From: a virus
Reading direction: 5' to 3' (one strand)
DNA length: 64,000 nt
Virus record (IMG/VR): IMGVR_UViG_3300027763_002006
Coordinates: 1-64,000 of that record
Each line of letters starts with the position of its first letter. The stretch's first letter is position 1. Positions 37,669 to 48,855 of this stretch are shown here, one piece after another. The notes under the pieces are model-generated. The model saw only the letters and a program-made list of their open reading frames with translations. It ran no database searches and had not been told where the DNA came from. Both the position numbers and the translations under genes were made by a program.

Positions 37669-39669
37669 TTATACGTATGTTAATATAATTGTAAACTGTC
37701 CAGCACCTGGTGTTGGATTAGTAATTTCTGCTACGACTTCTGTGTAGGCTGTTGTTCTGTAATCTGGGTTAGTAGTATACTGACCAATTTCTGATAATAT
37801 ACTATCTCTTGGCTGTGCAAATGCCGAAGTGTTCGCTCTAGTTCCTACAGTAACTTCTGCATCTGAAAGAGCAGTGGTAGTTACCAATACTCTAACACCA
37901 ATAACAGTTCTGTCTGCTGTGATAAACCCAATACTCTGTGTGCCTGTTGTTGTACTTAAATCTACATCTAATACTAATGTTCTTGCATCTGTTGCAACAC
38001 TTCGCTCGCCACCGACTTTAATCCATTGTTGTCCATCATAGGTAAATGTAGCCCAGTCACCATTGCCATCGTCTATGACATAGCAATTATCTCCGACCAA
38101 TGCATTTAATGCATTACGTGCCATGATATTTGCAACCACCGCAGTGCCACTAGAACGTAGACCTTGTTCAATGTTTAAGCCCAGTGCATAACGACCGTTT
38201 TGTCCGCTTAACACACCTGCTGTGTCTAAAAATGAACCAGCAAAGTCTCGTATAGTTAACGGACCGCCATCCAAGCGCATTAATCGCAGTGCAGAAGTTG
38301 TTGTGTTTGCAGGTGTGCTTTCTGGCAAACTAGATAAAGAATTTGTACCAGCAAAGTTATTACCATTTACATCTGGTGTAATATTTACAATAGTAATTGC
38401 GCCACCTGCATTGTGGCGTAGTTTAATATCGCTGCCGTTGACTACACTGGCAACAATGTCTGTGATCTTGGCAGCATTAATGTCAAAGACCATGTCGTTG
38501 GTATCAGCTACAACTGGATCGCCGTAGGCTGCACTACCACTGGTAGTTGTTGTGAAGTTAACTGTTACACCGTTGATACTTGCGCTGAAAGGAGTGTAGC
38601 CGGCAATAATACCATAGGCACTGCCTTGACCAGCTATGTCACTGACAACTTCAGTGGCAGCACCAACTTTAACTGCGGTAACTTTATGTTCGGCTGTTTG
38701 TGCATTAATTAACGTAACAGCATCTTCTACATTATATGTTCCACTGCCGCTGGACAATGTAACTTGAACTCTATTAATTTCAACTATGTCACCATCTGCA
38801 CCAGTAGGGTCTATGCCTGAACCAGTTGTCGATGTTGTAATAGCATCAGCAATCTTCATGTAAATTGGACGTCGACTGTTATCGTTGGTTGTTAAATCGC
38901 CTGTGCCATTTAAACTAGGATAGATATAATCTCCCACGTTGCCAGGAAGCCCTGGAACAAAGTCAATGATACCATTGGCTGGTCGTAGAATAAATTGATC
39001 TGGTCCTGGGCCAGGAAACACTACAGTACCAATAAATCTGCCAATGTTGTCTTCATTGCTTAATGAAAATACACCATCTTCGATACAGATTGCATCACCT
39101 TGTTCAAAATTATGATTAGCCTGTTCCAACAAGTAATTAGTTAATGGGTTCATGTATTGGAACCTACTCATTACGTTGGTAAAGAAGTCAGCGGCTGCAT
39201 CTCCTGGAATAGGATCCAACATTGGGAATCCTAGTTCATTGATTTGGAAGAAGATTACAGGACCTGGTGCGTTAAAAATGCCTAGACCGTTTGGATCTCT
39301 AAATGTGTTATAACGAAGTCTATCCTCGACAATAGCAACAACTTCGCTGTTTGTTTTGGATATAACACTCATAATTTGCAGAACTTTACCGTCCGAGGCT
39401 CCTGCAACAAAGTCACCTACTTCGATGTCTTGAGCATCAAATCTAAAAGGTGTACGAGTTAAATTACTACCGTGCGTTCTTTCTGCAACAGTGAAAGAAA
39501 CTTGCCAGCGGTAGTATTGTGGGTTAGCACCACCGCTCCAATAAGGATCGTCACTGCTGTTAGCATATGGCCATGAACTCAGTGATACTACAGAATCCGC
39601 AGTACCCGAAAGTACTTTAGCTGGCTTGTTTAATCCTATAAAATTAGTTTTCCAAGCATTAATTGTCAT
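37669..39669 (-). CDS. Virion structural protein (putative)
   Basis: 666 aa, G/T/S/N-rich beta protein within a fibre operon. Confidence 0.6.
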   Translation of the reverse strand: MTINAWKTNFIGLNKPAKVLSGTADSVVSLSSWPYANSSDDPYWSGGANPQYYRWQVSFTVAERTHGSNLTRTPFRFDAQDIEVGDFVAGASDGKVLQIMSVISKTNSEVVAIVEDRLRYNTFRDPNGLGIFNAPGPVIFFQINELGFPMLDPIPGDAAADFFTNVMSRFQYMNPLTNYLLEQANHNFEQGDAICIEDGVFSLSNEDNIGRFIGTVVFPGPGPDQFILRPANGIIDFVPGLPGNVGDYIYPSLNGTGDLTTNDNSRRPIYMKIADAITTSTTGSGIDPTGADGDIVEINRVQVTLSSGSGTYNVEDAVTLINAQTAEHKVTAVKVGAATEVVSDIAGQGSAYGIIAGYTPFSASINGVTVNFTTTTSGSAAYGDPVVADTNDMVFDINAAKITDIVASVVNGSDIKLRHNAGGAITIVNITPDVNGNNFAGTNSLSSLPESTPANTTTSALRLMRLDGGPLTIRDFAGSFLDTAGVLSGQNGRYALGLNIEQGLRSSGTAVVANIMARNALNALVGDNCYVIDDGNGDWATFTYDGQQWIKVGGERSVATDARTLVLDVDLSTTTGTQSIGFITADRTVIGVRVLVTTTALSDAEVTVGTRANTSAFAQPRDSILSEIGQYTTNPDYRTTAYTEVVAEITNPTPGAGQFTIILTYV

Positions 39670-39678
39670 TTTTTACCC

Positions 39679-42600
39679 TTATACACTGCTCAGCAAGAAT
39701 TGTACCACGCAATGAGTTGTTTGTCCTACGCCTGCGCTAGCGCCAGTAATACCTTTAGTCAATCCAATGGTCATTGTGTTAACTGCTGGATCAAATGCAC
39801 TGAATGCACTTGGGCTACCACTTGTTCCACCGCCAGCAAGTGTTCTACCTGCCGTAAAGCTACTAGTCACCGCAGTTGCAACATACGTATTAGTGGACCT
39901 TTGATAAGCATATACTTGTGTATTTAATGGAGCACACACACTGCCTGTGAATGTAAATGTAACTGTGGCCACAGTGGAAGTTGCAGTAGCAATAACAGCA
40001 CTGATGCCACCATTTAATACGCTGACACTTGCCAAGTTACCACTTGCATCATATTCAACTTGCACGGCAGCTCTGAATACGCCAGAACTACTACTTCCGC
40101 CGCCTCCGCCGCCAGAACTAATAGTTGTTGGAGCCCATGCGCTGCCATTCCAAGCAAGTGCTTGTCCTGTAGTAGGCGTTGTATTAGCAACGTCAGCAAA
40201 TGCATTTAAGTTACTTTGTCCTAGTCGTGTATCAAAACGTGCAGTTGTATAGTATAAGTTTGAGCTACCTTCTGTGACATTGTCGGTGCTGGTGTTTAAA
40301 CTAAATGTACCAGTACTACTATTATAACTTAAACCTGCGCCAGCTGCCAGTGCATTACGTGCAAGTGCATCAGTAAAATATTTGTTTGTTGTACCTTGAT
40401 TTAAGTTATCGGTTGTTTTTGCCGCTAATCTGTTATCCCAGCGTGTGTTAGTAAAGTACTGATTAGTTGAACCTTCACTGACATCGTCTGTGTTTAATAC
40501 AACAACTCCAGTTTTTGCGTTAACGCTGGATACAGCACCTGATCCACCTGCAACACTACTCGGAGTCCATGCACTGCCTGTCCATGTTAATACTTGTCCA
40601 TTTGTTGGAGCAGTTGTAGCTGTGTCAACGTCTAATAATGCATTGATACTGCTTGCCCCAATACGAACATCTGCACGAGCATCTGCACGAGTATTAGTAA
40701 AGTATAAGTTACTGCCTTCAGTGATATAACTCGTATTAGCACGATATTTAATTTGACCAGTTGTATCATCATAGCTGATCAAGCTGGTAATATTACTGTC
40801 ACTGATAGAACTTAATGCCGTTCTTGCTCTGGCATCAGTATAATATAATCTAGTTCCTTCACCGATATCACTGGATGTTACAGCATTTAGTGCCGTTGTC
40901 ATGGTAATGTTGCCACTACCATCGAAACTTGTTAAACCAGTAACTTTACCGCTTAGTGTAAGTGTACGGGCTGTTGTCCATTTATTTGCTTTGTTAGCTA
41001 AATCAACTTCTAAATCATAACCAGGTTGAGTGGTGTTGCCTATACCATAAATTTGTACACTACCTGATTTATTATTAACACTATAGCTTGTTCCTGTGTC
41101 GCCTTTGGCGCCCGTGTTGCCTGTATCGCCTTTGGCGCCCGTAGAACCAGTGTCGCCTTTTGGTCCTGTACTACCTTGTGGGCCGACTATATAACCTGCA
41201 TTAATTGTTGTACCGTCTGTTAATGTAACCTGTAAATAACCACTGGCATCAACAACTACACCACCATCAGCTACACTCCGACCTGCGGGTCCCTGACTGC
41301 CTTGCGGTCCCTGTGGTCCAACTACACTACCAGCATTAAGTTGACTGGCATCATCTAATGTAATAATTAAATTGCCACTGTCAACTACTGCCTGTGCTAC
41401 ACTTATACCCTGATCGCCTTTTGCGCCCGGAGCACCTGTGTTACCAGTGGTACCTTGTTGTCCTTGTGGTCCAACTACACTACCTGCGTCGACAGTCGAG
41501 CTATCTGTTTTTGTAATAATTAGTCGGCCGCTGCCATTTACTACGGCTGAGCTAATGCCAACTCCATCAGCCCCAGTGGTACCTGTATCGCCTTTGGCAC
41601 CCGTGTCACCAGTAGTGCCTGTATCGCCTTTGGGACCAATTACGGCGCCAGCATCGATAATCGAACTATCTGAACGTGTAATTATTAGTCTGCCACTGCC
41701 ATTGACAGCGGCTCCAGTAACTGCAAGACCGGCAGGACCTTGACTACCCGTATCACCTTTGGCACCTGTATTACCTATAACACCCTGTGGACCCTGTGGA
41801 CCAACTACGCTACCAGCGTTGACAGTTGTGTTATCTTGTTTTGTTAAAATTAATTCGCCGCTGCCATTTACTGCGGCACTTTTGATACCAGACACATTGC
41901 CAGCATCAACTACTGTGTTATCACTTAGTGTTAACTGTAAACGACCTGCTAGAGTTACTGTGGCAGCACTGATTGATAAACCTGCTGGTCCAGCTGGACC
42001 TTGACTACCTGTATCACCTTTGGCCCCACTATTAGCAACTGGTACAAAATTTGTACCATCAAAACCTAAAATCTGTCCAGCACTTATGCTACTTAAATTT
42101 ACATTGGATAGTTGGCCCAATGATACTTGATTAGCAACTGTTTGGGCAAAGCTAGGACTAACTGATGTAGACGCATTTACTGTAAATTTGTCATCAACAT
42201 ATTTCTTAGTTGCGGCATGTAAGTCTACTGTAGGAGCACCCGATAATGTCAATGCGCCGGTCATTGTTCCGCCAGTTTTCAATAATACATCTGCGGCAAA
42301 GTTTGGATTATTAGCAAGTGCCTCTGCTAATTCGTTTAATGTGTTTAATAATGTCGGAGCACCATCAACGATGTTGCTGATTTGATTGTTTACATAAGTT
42401 TGGGTAGCATAACCGTTTGTAGTTAAGTATGCACCTAACGCTGTTACATCAATACCATTGCCACCGCCAACCGCAGTAATGACACCATTGCTGATGGTAA
42501 TAGTTGAACCGTCAACTTTTACACCGCCCAGTATACTTGTTGTTGCTGTTGGTAATGTATATGAGCCGCCACCAGAACCTATATTACCTGGTTGCCATCT

Positions 42601-43194
42601 TAAATTTGTTTGATTCCAAACAAGTGCTTGACCGTCTGTAACACCAGTTACATACGTGTCTGCTAAATCTTCTAAATTATATGAACTTAAACGCTGATTG
42701 ACATAGTTTTCTGTTGCATATCCAAATGGATTAGGAGTTAGGTATGCAGTAATGATATTGTTGATAAATTCAGGAGTTGTAACATCGCCAGTATCACCTG
42801 TAATTGTTGCTGTCGAACCAGCCAATGTTACCGTTGAGTTTACAAAGTTTAGTATCGATGCAGAACCAATAGTAGTGCCATTTTCTTTGACCACCAGTGA
42901 GGATGAACTGCCGCCGCCATTGCCACCCGAGCCGTCTGCAACAACGTTGAATACTAATTTACCTGTTGCATCATCATAGTTAGTGACTAGACGCAGATTC
43001 ACTTGACTGCCATCTGGATCAACTTCTAGCATATCTGCCACAGTGTCTTGTATCTGCTCAGTACTGGCTCCTCCACCGGGTGCGTTAATATAAGCGCCAA
43101 GTTCTTCACTCCATATTAGGCTTTCACCGTCCTGTGGATTGTTAATTTGTAAGGGAAGTTCGCCTTGCCCAATATCATCGATATATATTGCCAT
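39679..43194 (-). CDS. Long tail fibre with collagen-like repeats
   Basis: GAKGDTG repeats, AVNGSGRLIIT..D...DAG repeats, EGS.NLYFT repeats. Confidence 0.8.
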   Translation of the reverse strand: MAIYIDDIGQGELPLQINNPQDGESLIWSEELGAYINAPGGGASTEQIQDTVADMLEVDPDGSQVNLRLVTNYDDATGKLVFNVVADGSGGNGGGSSSSLVVKENGTTIGSASILNFVNSTVTLAGSTATITGDTGDVTTPEFINNIITAYLTPNPFGYATENYVNQRLSSYNLEDLADTYVTGVTDGQALVWNQTNLRWQPGNIGSGGGSYTLPTATTSILGGVKVDGSTITISNGVITAVGGGNGIDVTALGAYLTTNGYATQTYVNNQISNIVDGAPTLLNTLNELAEALANNPNFAADVLLKTGGTMTGALTLSGAPTVDLHAATKKYVDDKFTVNASTSVSPSFAQTVANQVSLGQLSNVNLSSISAGQILGFDGTNFVPVANSGAKGDTGSQGPAGPAGLSISAATVTLAGRLQLTLSDNTVVDAGNVSGIKSAAVNGSGELILTKQDNTTVNAGSVVGPQGPQGVIGNTGAKGDTGSQGPAGLAVTGAAVNGSGRLIITRSDSSIIDAGAVIGPKGDTGTTGDTGAKGDTGTTGADGVGISSAVVNGSGRLIITKTDSSTVDAGSVVGPQGQQGTTGNTGAPGAKGDQGISVAQAVVDSGNLIITLDDASQLNAGSVVGPQGPQGSQGPAGRSVADGGVVVDASGYLQVTLTDGTTINAGYIVGPQGSTGPKGDTGSTGAKGDTGNTGAKGDTGTSYSVNNKSGSVQIYGIGNTTQPGYDLEVDLANKANKWTTARTLTLSGKVTGLTSFDGSGNITMTTALNAVTSSDIGEGTRLYYTDARARTALSSISDSNITSLISYDDTTGQIKYRANTSYITEGSNLYFTNTRADARADVRIGASSINALLDVDTATTAPTNGQVLTWTGSAWTPSSVAGGSGAVSSVNAKTGVVVLNTDDVSEGSTNQYFTNTRWDNRLAAKTTDNLNQGTTNKYFTDALARNALAAGAGLSYNSSTGTFSLNTSTDNVTEGSSNLYYTTARFDTRLGQSNLNAFADVANTTPTTGQALAWNGSAWAPTTISSGGGGGGSSSSGVFRAAVQVEYDASGNLASVSVLNGGISAVIATATSTVATVTFTFTGSVCAPLNTQVYAYQRSTNTYVATAVTSSFTAGRTLAGGGTSGSPSAFSAFDPAVNTMTIGLTKGITGASAGVGQTTHCVVQFLLSSV

Positions 43195-43197
43195 ATT

Positions 43198-43566
43198 TTA
43201 AATACTCAACATTACTTTAGTAATATCACCTACTGATGACGTGCCGCTTAAATAACTACGCATTTTTCTAAATCGTATCAAAACAAAATTACCTCGAACA
43301 CTGAAGCTTTCAGTTCCGTTGGTAGCGGCTGAATATTGTTTGTATGGAGTTGCGCGATTCATCCAAACTGGGAACCAATCTTGTTCAGTTGGATTAATCT
43401 CCAATGTTGCTTCGATTTGAATTCTACCTATAAAATTATTAAAAGTAACTGCTATTGTTTGACTGCCGTCCCTATAGCCATAATAACCATCGCCACGCAG
43501 TGGATCGCTGAGTTGATCGACTTCTTCGTCGCCCAACATTAATGTTGCTACAGTGGTATTATTCAT
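43198..43566 (-). CDS. Hypothetical structural protein
   Basis: GDGYYG, F.GRIQIEATL, GNFV.IR. Confidence 0.65.
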   Translation of the reverse strand: MNNTTVATLMLGDEEVDQLSDPLRGDGYYGYRDGSQTIAVTFNNFIGRIQIEATLEINPTEQDWFPVWMNRATPYKQYSAATNGTESFSVRGNFVLIRFRKMRSYLSGTSSVGDITKVMLSI

Positions 43567-43732
43567 TGTCTTGTATAACCTCTACAATTACATCTGTGCC
43601 CACCAATTCCTGTACAACCGCTTCTAATCCGATAACAACATCGTCGCCGGCTAGGTTAGAAGTCTGTGTTTGACTATCTTTGTGTAGTTTGCTAAGTTTA
43701 ATAACAATTAGTTCTTCTTGGATCTTTGCCAT
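43559..43732 (-). CDS. 57-aa hypothetical protein (MAKIQEELIVIKLSKLHKD...)
   Basis: Translated by hand; GGAG RBS and TAAATA upstream. Confidence 0.7.
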   Translation of the reverse strand: MAKIQEELIVIKLSKLHKDSQTQTSNLAGDDVVIGLEAVVQELVGTDVIVEVIQDNE

Positions 43733-43763
43733 TTTATTCTCCGTTACAGTATTTAGTCAAAAG

Positions 43764-43791
43764 AAAAGGTGTAACCGAAATTACACCTTTT
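43764..43791 (-). terminator. Rho-independent terminator
   Basis: AAAAGGTGTAA-CCGAAA-TTACACCTTTT. Confidence 0.8.
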
Positions 43792-43812
43792 GGTATTTCT
43801 ACGAAAATCAGC

Positions 43813-44478
43813 TTACAAACTGCCAATAAGCACGGCTTCTTCGATGTATTGAATCTCGCTGTGAAAGCGCATTTGACACACCATCAAGTCTTCTGATTCA
43901 TTTAAATAAATTGCTGCCGTATAACCCTTATATCCCGGAATACTATCAAAATATTGTCTTAGTGTTTTATTGACTTCCCAACGAACACCATTAGTATTAT
44001 CTAATCCATACAACCAATTTTTAACATCAACGTACCCGTCTGTTCTGTACTTCCAGTCTTGAGTAAAATAAACTTTATATTTGAAGTCATTTTCGAATAG
44101 CCGTTTTCTAACTCGAATCCGTCGATTTTGATCTATAACATTTTTATGAACATCACTGACAGGTCTATGGTATTCAGCGATACGATGTCCCAAGTCCTTA
44201 AATAATAATTCAATGAATTCAGTGTCATTGGTAAACACGCTGACCCATTTACTTTCACTGCGAATTTTACAATCAGCATCTTGAATTGGCAATGCGGTAA
44301 TTTCTTTTAAAAGATCTAAACGTGCGGCATATAATGCAGTAAATCCGTACGGACGACTTATCCTAGGAACTCTGGATTTACTTTCGTCAACTTTGAGAAC
44401 TATTTTATAGAAGTACTTTTTATAGTATTTCCTTTCAATAGAAAATTGCTTGACGAATTTAGGTATTGATAAGTTCAT
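43813..44478 (-). CDS. Hypothetical protein
   Basis: ~221 aa ORF downstream of clpA. Confidence 0.65.
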   Translation of the reverse strand: MNLSIPKFVKQFSIERKYYKKYFYKIVLKVDESKSRVPRISRPYGFTALYAARLDLLKEITALPIQDADCKIRSESKWVSVFTNDTEFIELLFKDLGHRIAEYHRPVSDVHKNVIDQNRRIRVRKRLFENDFKYKVYFTQDWKYRTDGYVDVKNWLYGLDNTNGVRWEVNKTLRQYFDSIPGYKGYTAAIYLNESEDLMVCQMRFHSEIQYIEEAVLIGSL

Positions 44479-46660
44479 AATCAACACCATTGTGCGAAAC
44501 TACCAAGCTACAGTTGCTGAGATTTTCAAAGACAATGCGCTTACTTAAAGGCTTTTTAATTTTATCTGCAATTAAACGCTTCATAGGACGAGCACCCATT
44601 TTTTCGTCAAAGCCTTCTGCTACTAAACGATCCAATGCTGAATTATTCAATGTAAGTGTGATATTTTTAGCAGCCAATAGATCGTTGAGCTCATTGACAA
44701 ACTTAATGGCGATTGGTGTAATTTGTTCAGTTGTGAGTCTGTTAAATTCTATAATAGCATCTAAACGATTACGGAATTCTGGAGTAAAGTGTTTATTAAC
44801 TGCTTCGAGGCTGGCTGTGCCATTGATGCTGTTATTGAAACCAATTTTATTTCGTTCTCCATCTCTGGCACCTAAGTTACTGGTCATGATAAGAATCAAA
44901 TTACGGCAACTCACAGTTTTACCGCCACTACTGGTAAGCATGCCATTGTCCATGACGCCCAACAAAATATTAAGAACATCTGGATGAGCCTTTTCAACTT
45001 CGTCTAATAACAGCACTGAACTGGGATGTTCTTCTAAATCATTGATGAGTTTACCTGCACCTGTTCCACCTTCGCCATAGCCAACATAGCCCGGCGGCGC
45101 CCCGATTAAACTGGCAACCTTATGACTTTCCATGTACTCGCTCATGTCATAGCGAAGAAGATGCATACCCAAGCTGGATGCAAGTTGATTTGCAAGTTCT
45201 GTTTTACCAACACCGGTTGGTCCCACAAACAAATAACTGCCCATTGGTTTAGTCAAGTCTTTCAAACCAGCCTTGGCAATATATACACTGTCCAGTAATT
45301 TTTCCACAGCTTGATCTTGTCCGAACACAAACCGTTTAATCTGTGATTCATAATCCAAGTTCATTGGTTCAATTTGAGTATTAAGTTGTTCCATGGGAAC
45401 TTTGGCTTGAGCACTGATTTCTTGTTTGACATGAAATAATGTTACCAAAGTTTCTCTACTGTCGACTTTTATTTTAGCCATGGCACTGTCTAAAATATCA
45501 ATGGCTTTATCGGGTAAGAACTTGTCATGCATGTGTTCAACAGTTAAATCGACCACTGCATCAATGGCATCACTTTCAACATCAATGTCGTGATATTTTT
45601 CATATTCGGGCATGATGCAGTGAAGCATGTTCTTGCAATCTTCAGCTGACATTTCTTCAACATCTAGTTTAGTGAAGCGACGAGCAAGAGCACGTTCTGG
45701 TTCAATTGTTTCGCGATATTCTTCGTAGGTAGTTGCACCAACAATCTGTACTTTGCCGCGAGTTAATGCTGGTTTAAGCAAGTTAGCCATGTCTGTGTTA
45801 CTATTTCCTGCGGCACCAGCGCCTACCATTGAGTGAATTTCATCAATGAATAAGATTACATCTGTGCGGGCTTCTAATGCATCGATAACTTGTTTAACAC
45901 GTTCTTCAAAATCACCTCGATATTTTGTGCCCGCCATTAATGCGCCCATGTCCAGGCTGTAAATTATACAATCTTTGAGTGTGTGCGGCACAGTTTTCTC
46001 ATGAATCTTACGAGCAAGACCTTCTACAATAGCAGTCTTACCCACGCCGGGTTCGCCTACTAGAATAGCATTTCTCTTTTTACGACGAGCAAGAATCTGT
46101 GTAAGTTTTTCAACTTCACGATTACGTCCAATTAATGGATCAATCTTTAGATTTTTTGCTTCCTCATTTAAGTTAATGCAAAAATCATTTAAAACCTTTT
46201 CAGCACTATTTTTAACTTTGGTTTCTTGCTTTGCATTTTTTCCTAGTACTTCTAAGAATGCTTCTTTACTAACATTATGCTGTGCCAAGTAATAGCAGGC
46301 ATGGCTATTACGTTCACTGAGAATACTCAATAACATGTCTTGGGGAGCAATACCTGCACGACCATTAAAGATGGCCTGTGTAAATGCACGATTAAATGCT
46401 CGCTCTAATGTCTGTGTTTTACGTGGGCGAGTTAAACCGGCGACTACTAGATAATCTTGCCCACTTAAAAATTCTGTTAGGTCATCGATAATTAAATCCG
46501 CTTTCGAATTCATTATCTTACAGTATTCTCGAATTTCTTCGTTTTCTAGAAGTACAATAGTCAAATGCTCTAGTGTAACGTATTCATGTTCACGATGTAG
46601 AGCAAGTTTAAATGCTTGTTCTAAAATCTCATTGATTGAGTGGTGTTGATTGTCTTCCAT
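44459..46660 (-). CDS. clpA: ATP-dependent Clp protease ATP-binding subunit ClpA
   Basis: Clp N-domain, GEPGVGKT, FIDEIH, GPTGVGKT, LLDEVEKAH, IGF loop; no ClpB M-domain. Confidence 0.92.
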   Translation of the reverse strand: MEDNQHHSINEILEQAFKLALHREHEYVTLEHLTIVLLENEEIREYCKIMNSKADLIIDDLTEFLSGQDYLVVAGLTRPRKTQTLERAFNRAFTQAIFNGRAGIAPQDMLLSILSERNSHACYYLAQHNVSKEAFLEVLGKNAKQETKVKNSAEKVLNDFCINLNEEAKNLKIDPLIGRNREVEKLTQILARRKKRNAILVGEPGVGKTAIVEGLARKIHEKTVPHTLKDCIIYSLDMGALMAGTKYRGDFEERVKQVIDALEARTDVILFIDEIHSMVGAGAAGNSNTDMANLLKPALTRGKVQIVGATTYEEYRETIEPERALARRFTKLDVEEMSAEDCKNMLHCIMPEYEKYHDIDVESDAIDAVVDLTVEHMHDKFLPDKAIDILDSAMAKIKVDSRETLVTLFHVKQEISAQAKVPMEQLNTQIEPMNLDYESQIKRFVFGQDQAVEKLLDSVYIAKAGLKDLTKPMGSYLFVGPTGVGKTELANQLASSLGMHLLRYDMSEYMESHKVASLIGAPPGYVGYGEGGTGAGKLINDLEEHPSSVLLLDEVEKAHPDVLNILLGVMDNGMLTSSGGKTVSCRNLILIMTSNLGARDGERNKIGFNNSINGTASLEAVNKHFTPEFRNRLDAIIEFNRLTTEQITPIAIKFVNELNDLLAAKNITLTLNNSALDRLVAEGFDEKMGARPMKRLIADKIKKPLSKRIVFENLSNCSLVVSHNGVDYELINT

Positions 46661-46699
46661 AATAATCCTTAAATAGCACAGAAAAGTAGTGTTACGATT

Positions 46700-46728
46700 A
46701 GTATAACAAATAGTTAATGCATTGTCAA
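46700..46728 (-). promoter_or_regulatory. Sigma70 promoter for clpA
   Basis: TTGACA-17-TATACT with TG extension. Confidence 0.75.
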
Positions 46729-46762
46729 CTATTTAATACATCGAAACGTTAATTCAGTGCTA

Positions 46763-47032
46763 TTATTTGGCAGCTTGATCGGAAATAATCTTTTGTATTT
46801 GATACCATTCCTGCCAACCGTCTGTGACAACTGCACATTGGTAATATGTAGAATAGTTTTCGACTACTACTTTGAGCATGTCGGTGATTGACACTTTATC
46901 ACCTTCAACTGTTTTTAGATTTGGGCATTTGGTCATTAGTTTTGCCGGAGCTTCTGGAAACTTTTGCTTGACCGGAACCACGGTTGAACAAGCAGATAAT
47001 AAAATAGCTAAACTTAATACTAGGTATTTCAT
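46763..47032 (-). CDS. Outer-membrane spanin-like lipoprotein (Rz1-like)
   Basis: Lipobox LLSAC; Pro-rich; NY..Y..C...W. Confidence 0.75.
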   Translation of the reverse strand: MKYLVLSLAILLSACSTVVPVKQKFPEAPAKLMTKCPNLKTVEGDKVSITDMLKVVVENYSTYYQCAVVTDGWQEWYQIQKIISDQAAK

Positions 47033-47487
47033 TTTCTGTCTCCTTGATTCATTGTAGCGGCTTGATTGTGAGCGTCAATGATTGATTTTGGAACAGGGCA
47101 GTTCTCGACATATTTGACAACATCGTTGTTTTTAACAACTTCTCTGTCAATATATTGAATAATGTCCTTGCCCTTTTGTTTGACGATTTGAGTTTTTGTA
47201 ACAATCTTTTCTTCGACAACAACATTGGCAGTTTTGCTTTTCTCTTCAGCAACTGCAATTTTTAATTCTAATTCTTTGACTTTTGCAGTCCATTCTTTGT
47301 TGTCGGCCAATCCGCCTTCCAAGTAAACACCTAGAGCAAATATAAAGATACTGGCAATTTGTATTGCTATTTTGTATTGCTTAACAAACGGAATGAATGT
47401 TAAAACAAAGCCAGCAAATACGCCAACTGCTCCTACTAAAAATATAGTATGAGTTACTGCATCTGGCAACCATTCAAATATCCACAT
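47029..47487 (-). CDS. Inner-membrane spanin-like protein (Rz-like)
   Basis: N-terminal TM helices, coiled coil, C-terminal Cys; ATGA overlap with the lipoprotein. Confidence 0.7.
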   Translation of the reverse strand: MWIFEWLPDAVTHTIFLVGAVGVFAGFVLTFIPFVKQYKIAIQIASIFIFALGVYLEGGLADNKEWTAKVKELELKIAVAEEKSKTANVVVEEKIVTKTQIVKQKGKDIIQYIDREVVKNNDVVKYVENCPVPKSIIDAHNQAATMNQGDRK

Positions 47488-47491
47488 AAAT

Positions 47492-47716
47492 TTATCCTTT
47501 GAATCTAAAGGTAATTCTGCCTTTAGTTAAATCGTAGGGGCTCATTTCTACTTCCACTCTATCAAGATTTAAAATATTGATATTATGTTTTCTAATCTTG
47601 CCACTGATCACTGCTGTGATAACTGTCTGTGTGTTGTTTAACTTAACTCTGAATGTTGCGTTTGGCAAACATTCTATAACTTGTCCTTCAAGTTTAATTG
47701 TTTCTTCTTTGCTCAT
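47492..47716 (-). CDS. infA: Translation initiation factor IF-1
   Basis: MSKEE.I..EG.V.E.LPNA.F.V...ISGKIR...[13 protein letters not shown]. Confidence 0.95.
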   Translation of the reverse strand: MSKEETIKLEGQVIECLPNATFRVKLNNTQTVITAVISGKIRKHNINILNLDRVEVEMSPYDLTKGRITFRFKG

Positions 47717-47719
47717 TAA

Positions 47720-48283
47720 TTAATAACTCATTAAAAATTTTAATCTATTTTTGATAGATTCTCTTACTGCTTCTTGTTCGATTTCTTCTTCGCTGGGTTC
47801 AGCTTCTGTGCTTGGTTCTTCTTCGGCAGTTTCTTCAACTTCGGGATGAAGTCGATCATATTCAATGGGGTCAACTATGATAGAAGAATTAAAAGTTTCT
47901 TCATCAAAGGGAACCATGTTAGACATTCCCATGCCTTTAAATTTCCAATCTTCAATGCCTGTTAATTTTTTACTGTCATTTAATATACCGTTGATAGTTT
48001 TAAATGCACCAGAATCTCTATTCAATTCGACATAGATCAAATAACGACCTTTTGTATCAGTGGCACTACTGACTTCTACATCTTCAAAATCGTAGACAGA
48101 GTTTTCAATAAAACTTGCTAGATCATGTGCAGGAGTTCTGTCATTGACGATAATGGCCAATACGATATAATCTTTGTTGGCACCTAATTTAGTTTTGTGC
48201 ATGTCAATGAGAACACTATCGTCGACTAACCATTTAAGGTCGTCTTCGAATAGGCTTTCACTGAGGGGCTTGTTGTGTTTCAT
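47720..48283 (-). CDS. Acidic hypothetical protein
   Basis: ORF in a late-promoter operon. Confidence 0.65.
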   Translation of the reverse strand: MKHNKPLSESLFEDDLKWLVDDSVLIDMHKTKLGANKDYIVLAIIVNDRTPAHDLASFIENSVYDFEDVEVSSATDTKGRYLIYVELNRDSGAFKTINGILNDSKKLTGIEDWKFKGMGMSNMVPFDEETFNSSIIVDPIEYDRLHPEVEETAEEEPSTEAEPSEEEIEQEAVRESIKNRLKFLMSY

Positions 48284-48800
48284 CTGCGGCATTACCTTTT
48301 GCTACTTCGGCATCATTTAAGTTTTCGTCGTAGGCACTGGTTACTTCATCCATGTCAATGGTCTGATCACCTGCTTCGACTTTGTTTGTTTGGATCTCAT
48401 CGACAAAGTGTCGTGGCATAGTTACTTTAACTGTCCATACTGGACTCTTAATTAACTTTGGCTCTAACTGTCCTTCTTCATCTGTTTCGTAGCTTTCTGG
48501 ACCTTTAATATTAGCAACGTGTTGTAGTGTATCTTGTCCGTACCAAACTTTACAGCCACGATCCATTAAGCGTTCTGCACCAGCGGGATCCGGCATCATT
48601 TTGTAGGGATACATTAGTGTTACTGTGATCCAGTAGCGGTCAATTTTCGGACCTTCAACGATTTCACCCTTGATCCAGTTCTTGAATACATAGAGGTCAA
48701 GTTGGTCAAAGATACGTTCAAATTCAACGAGAATGTCTAGCACGTTTTCGCTGCCGTAAACATCGTCTAAAGTTGTGTATATTGTGTCGATATCAATCAT
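48258..48800 (-). CDS. Hypothetical protein
   Basis: LYVFKNWIKGEIVEGP...MPDPAG; TAAATA directly upstream. Confidence 0.7.
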   Translation of the reverse strand: MIDIDTIYTTLDDVYGSENVLDILVEFERIFDQLDLYVFKNWIKGEIVEGPKIDRYWITVTLMYPYKMMPDPAGAERLMDRGCKVWYGQDTLQHVANIKGPESYETDEEGQLEPKLIKSPVWTVKVTMPRHFVDEIQTNKVEAGDQTIDMDEVTSAYDENLNDAEVAKGNAADETQQAPQ

Positions 48801-48855
48801 AGTAGTATTTAGCTTAAATTCCGTGTTTCATTAAATCAGTCTCTCGATACTGATA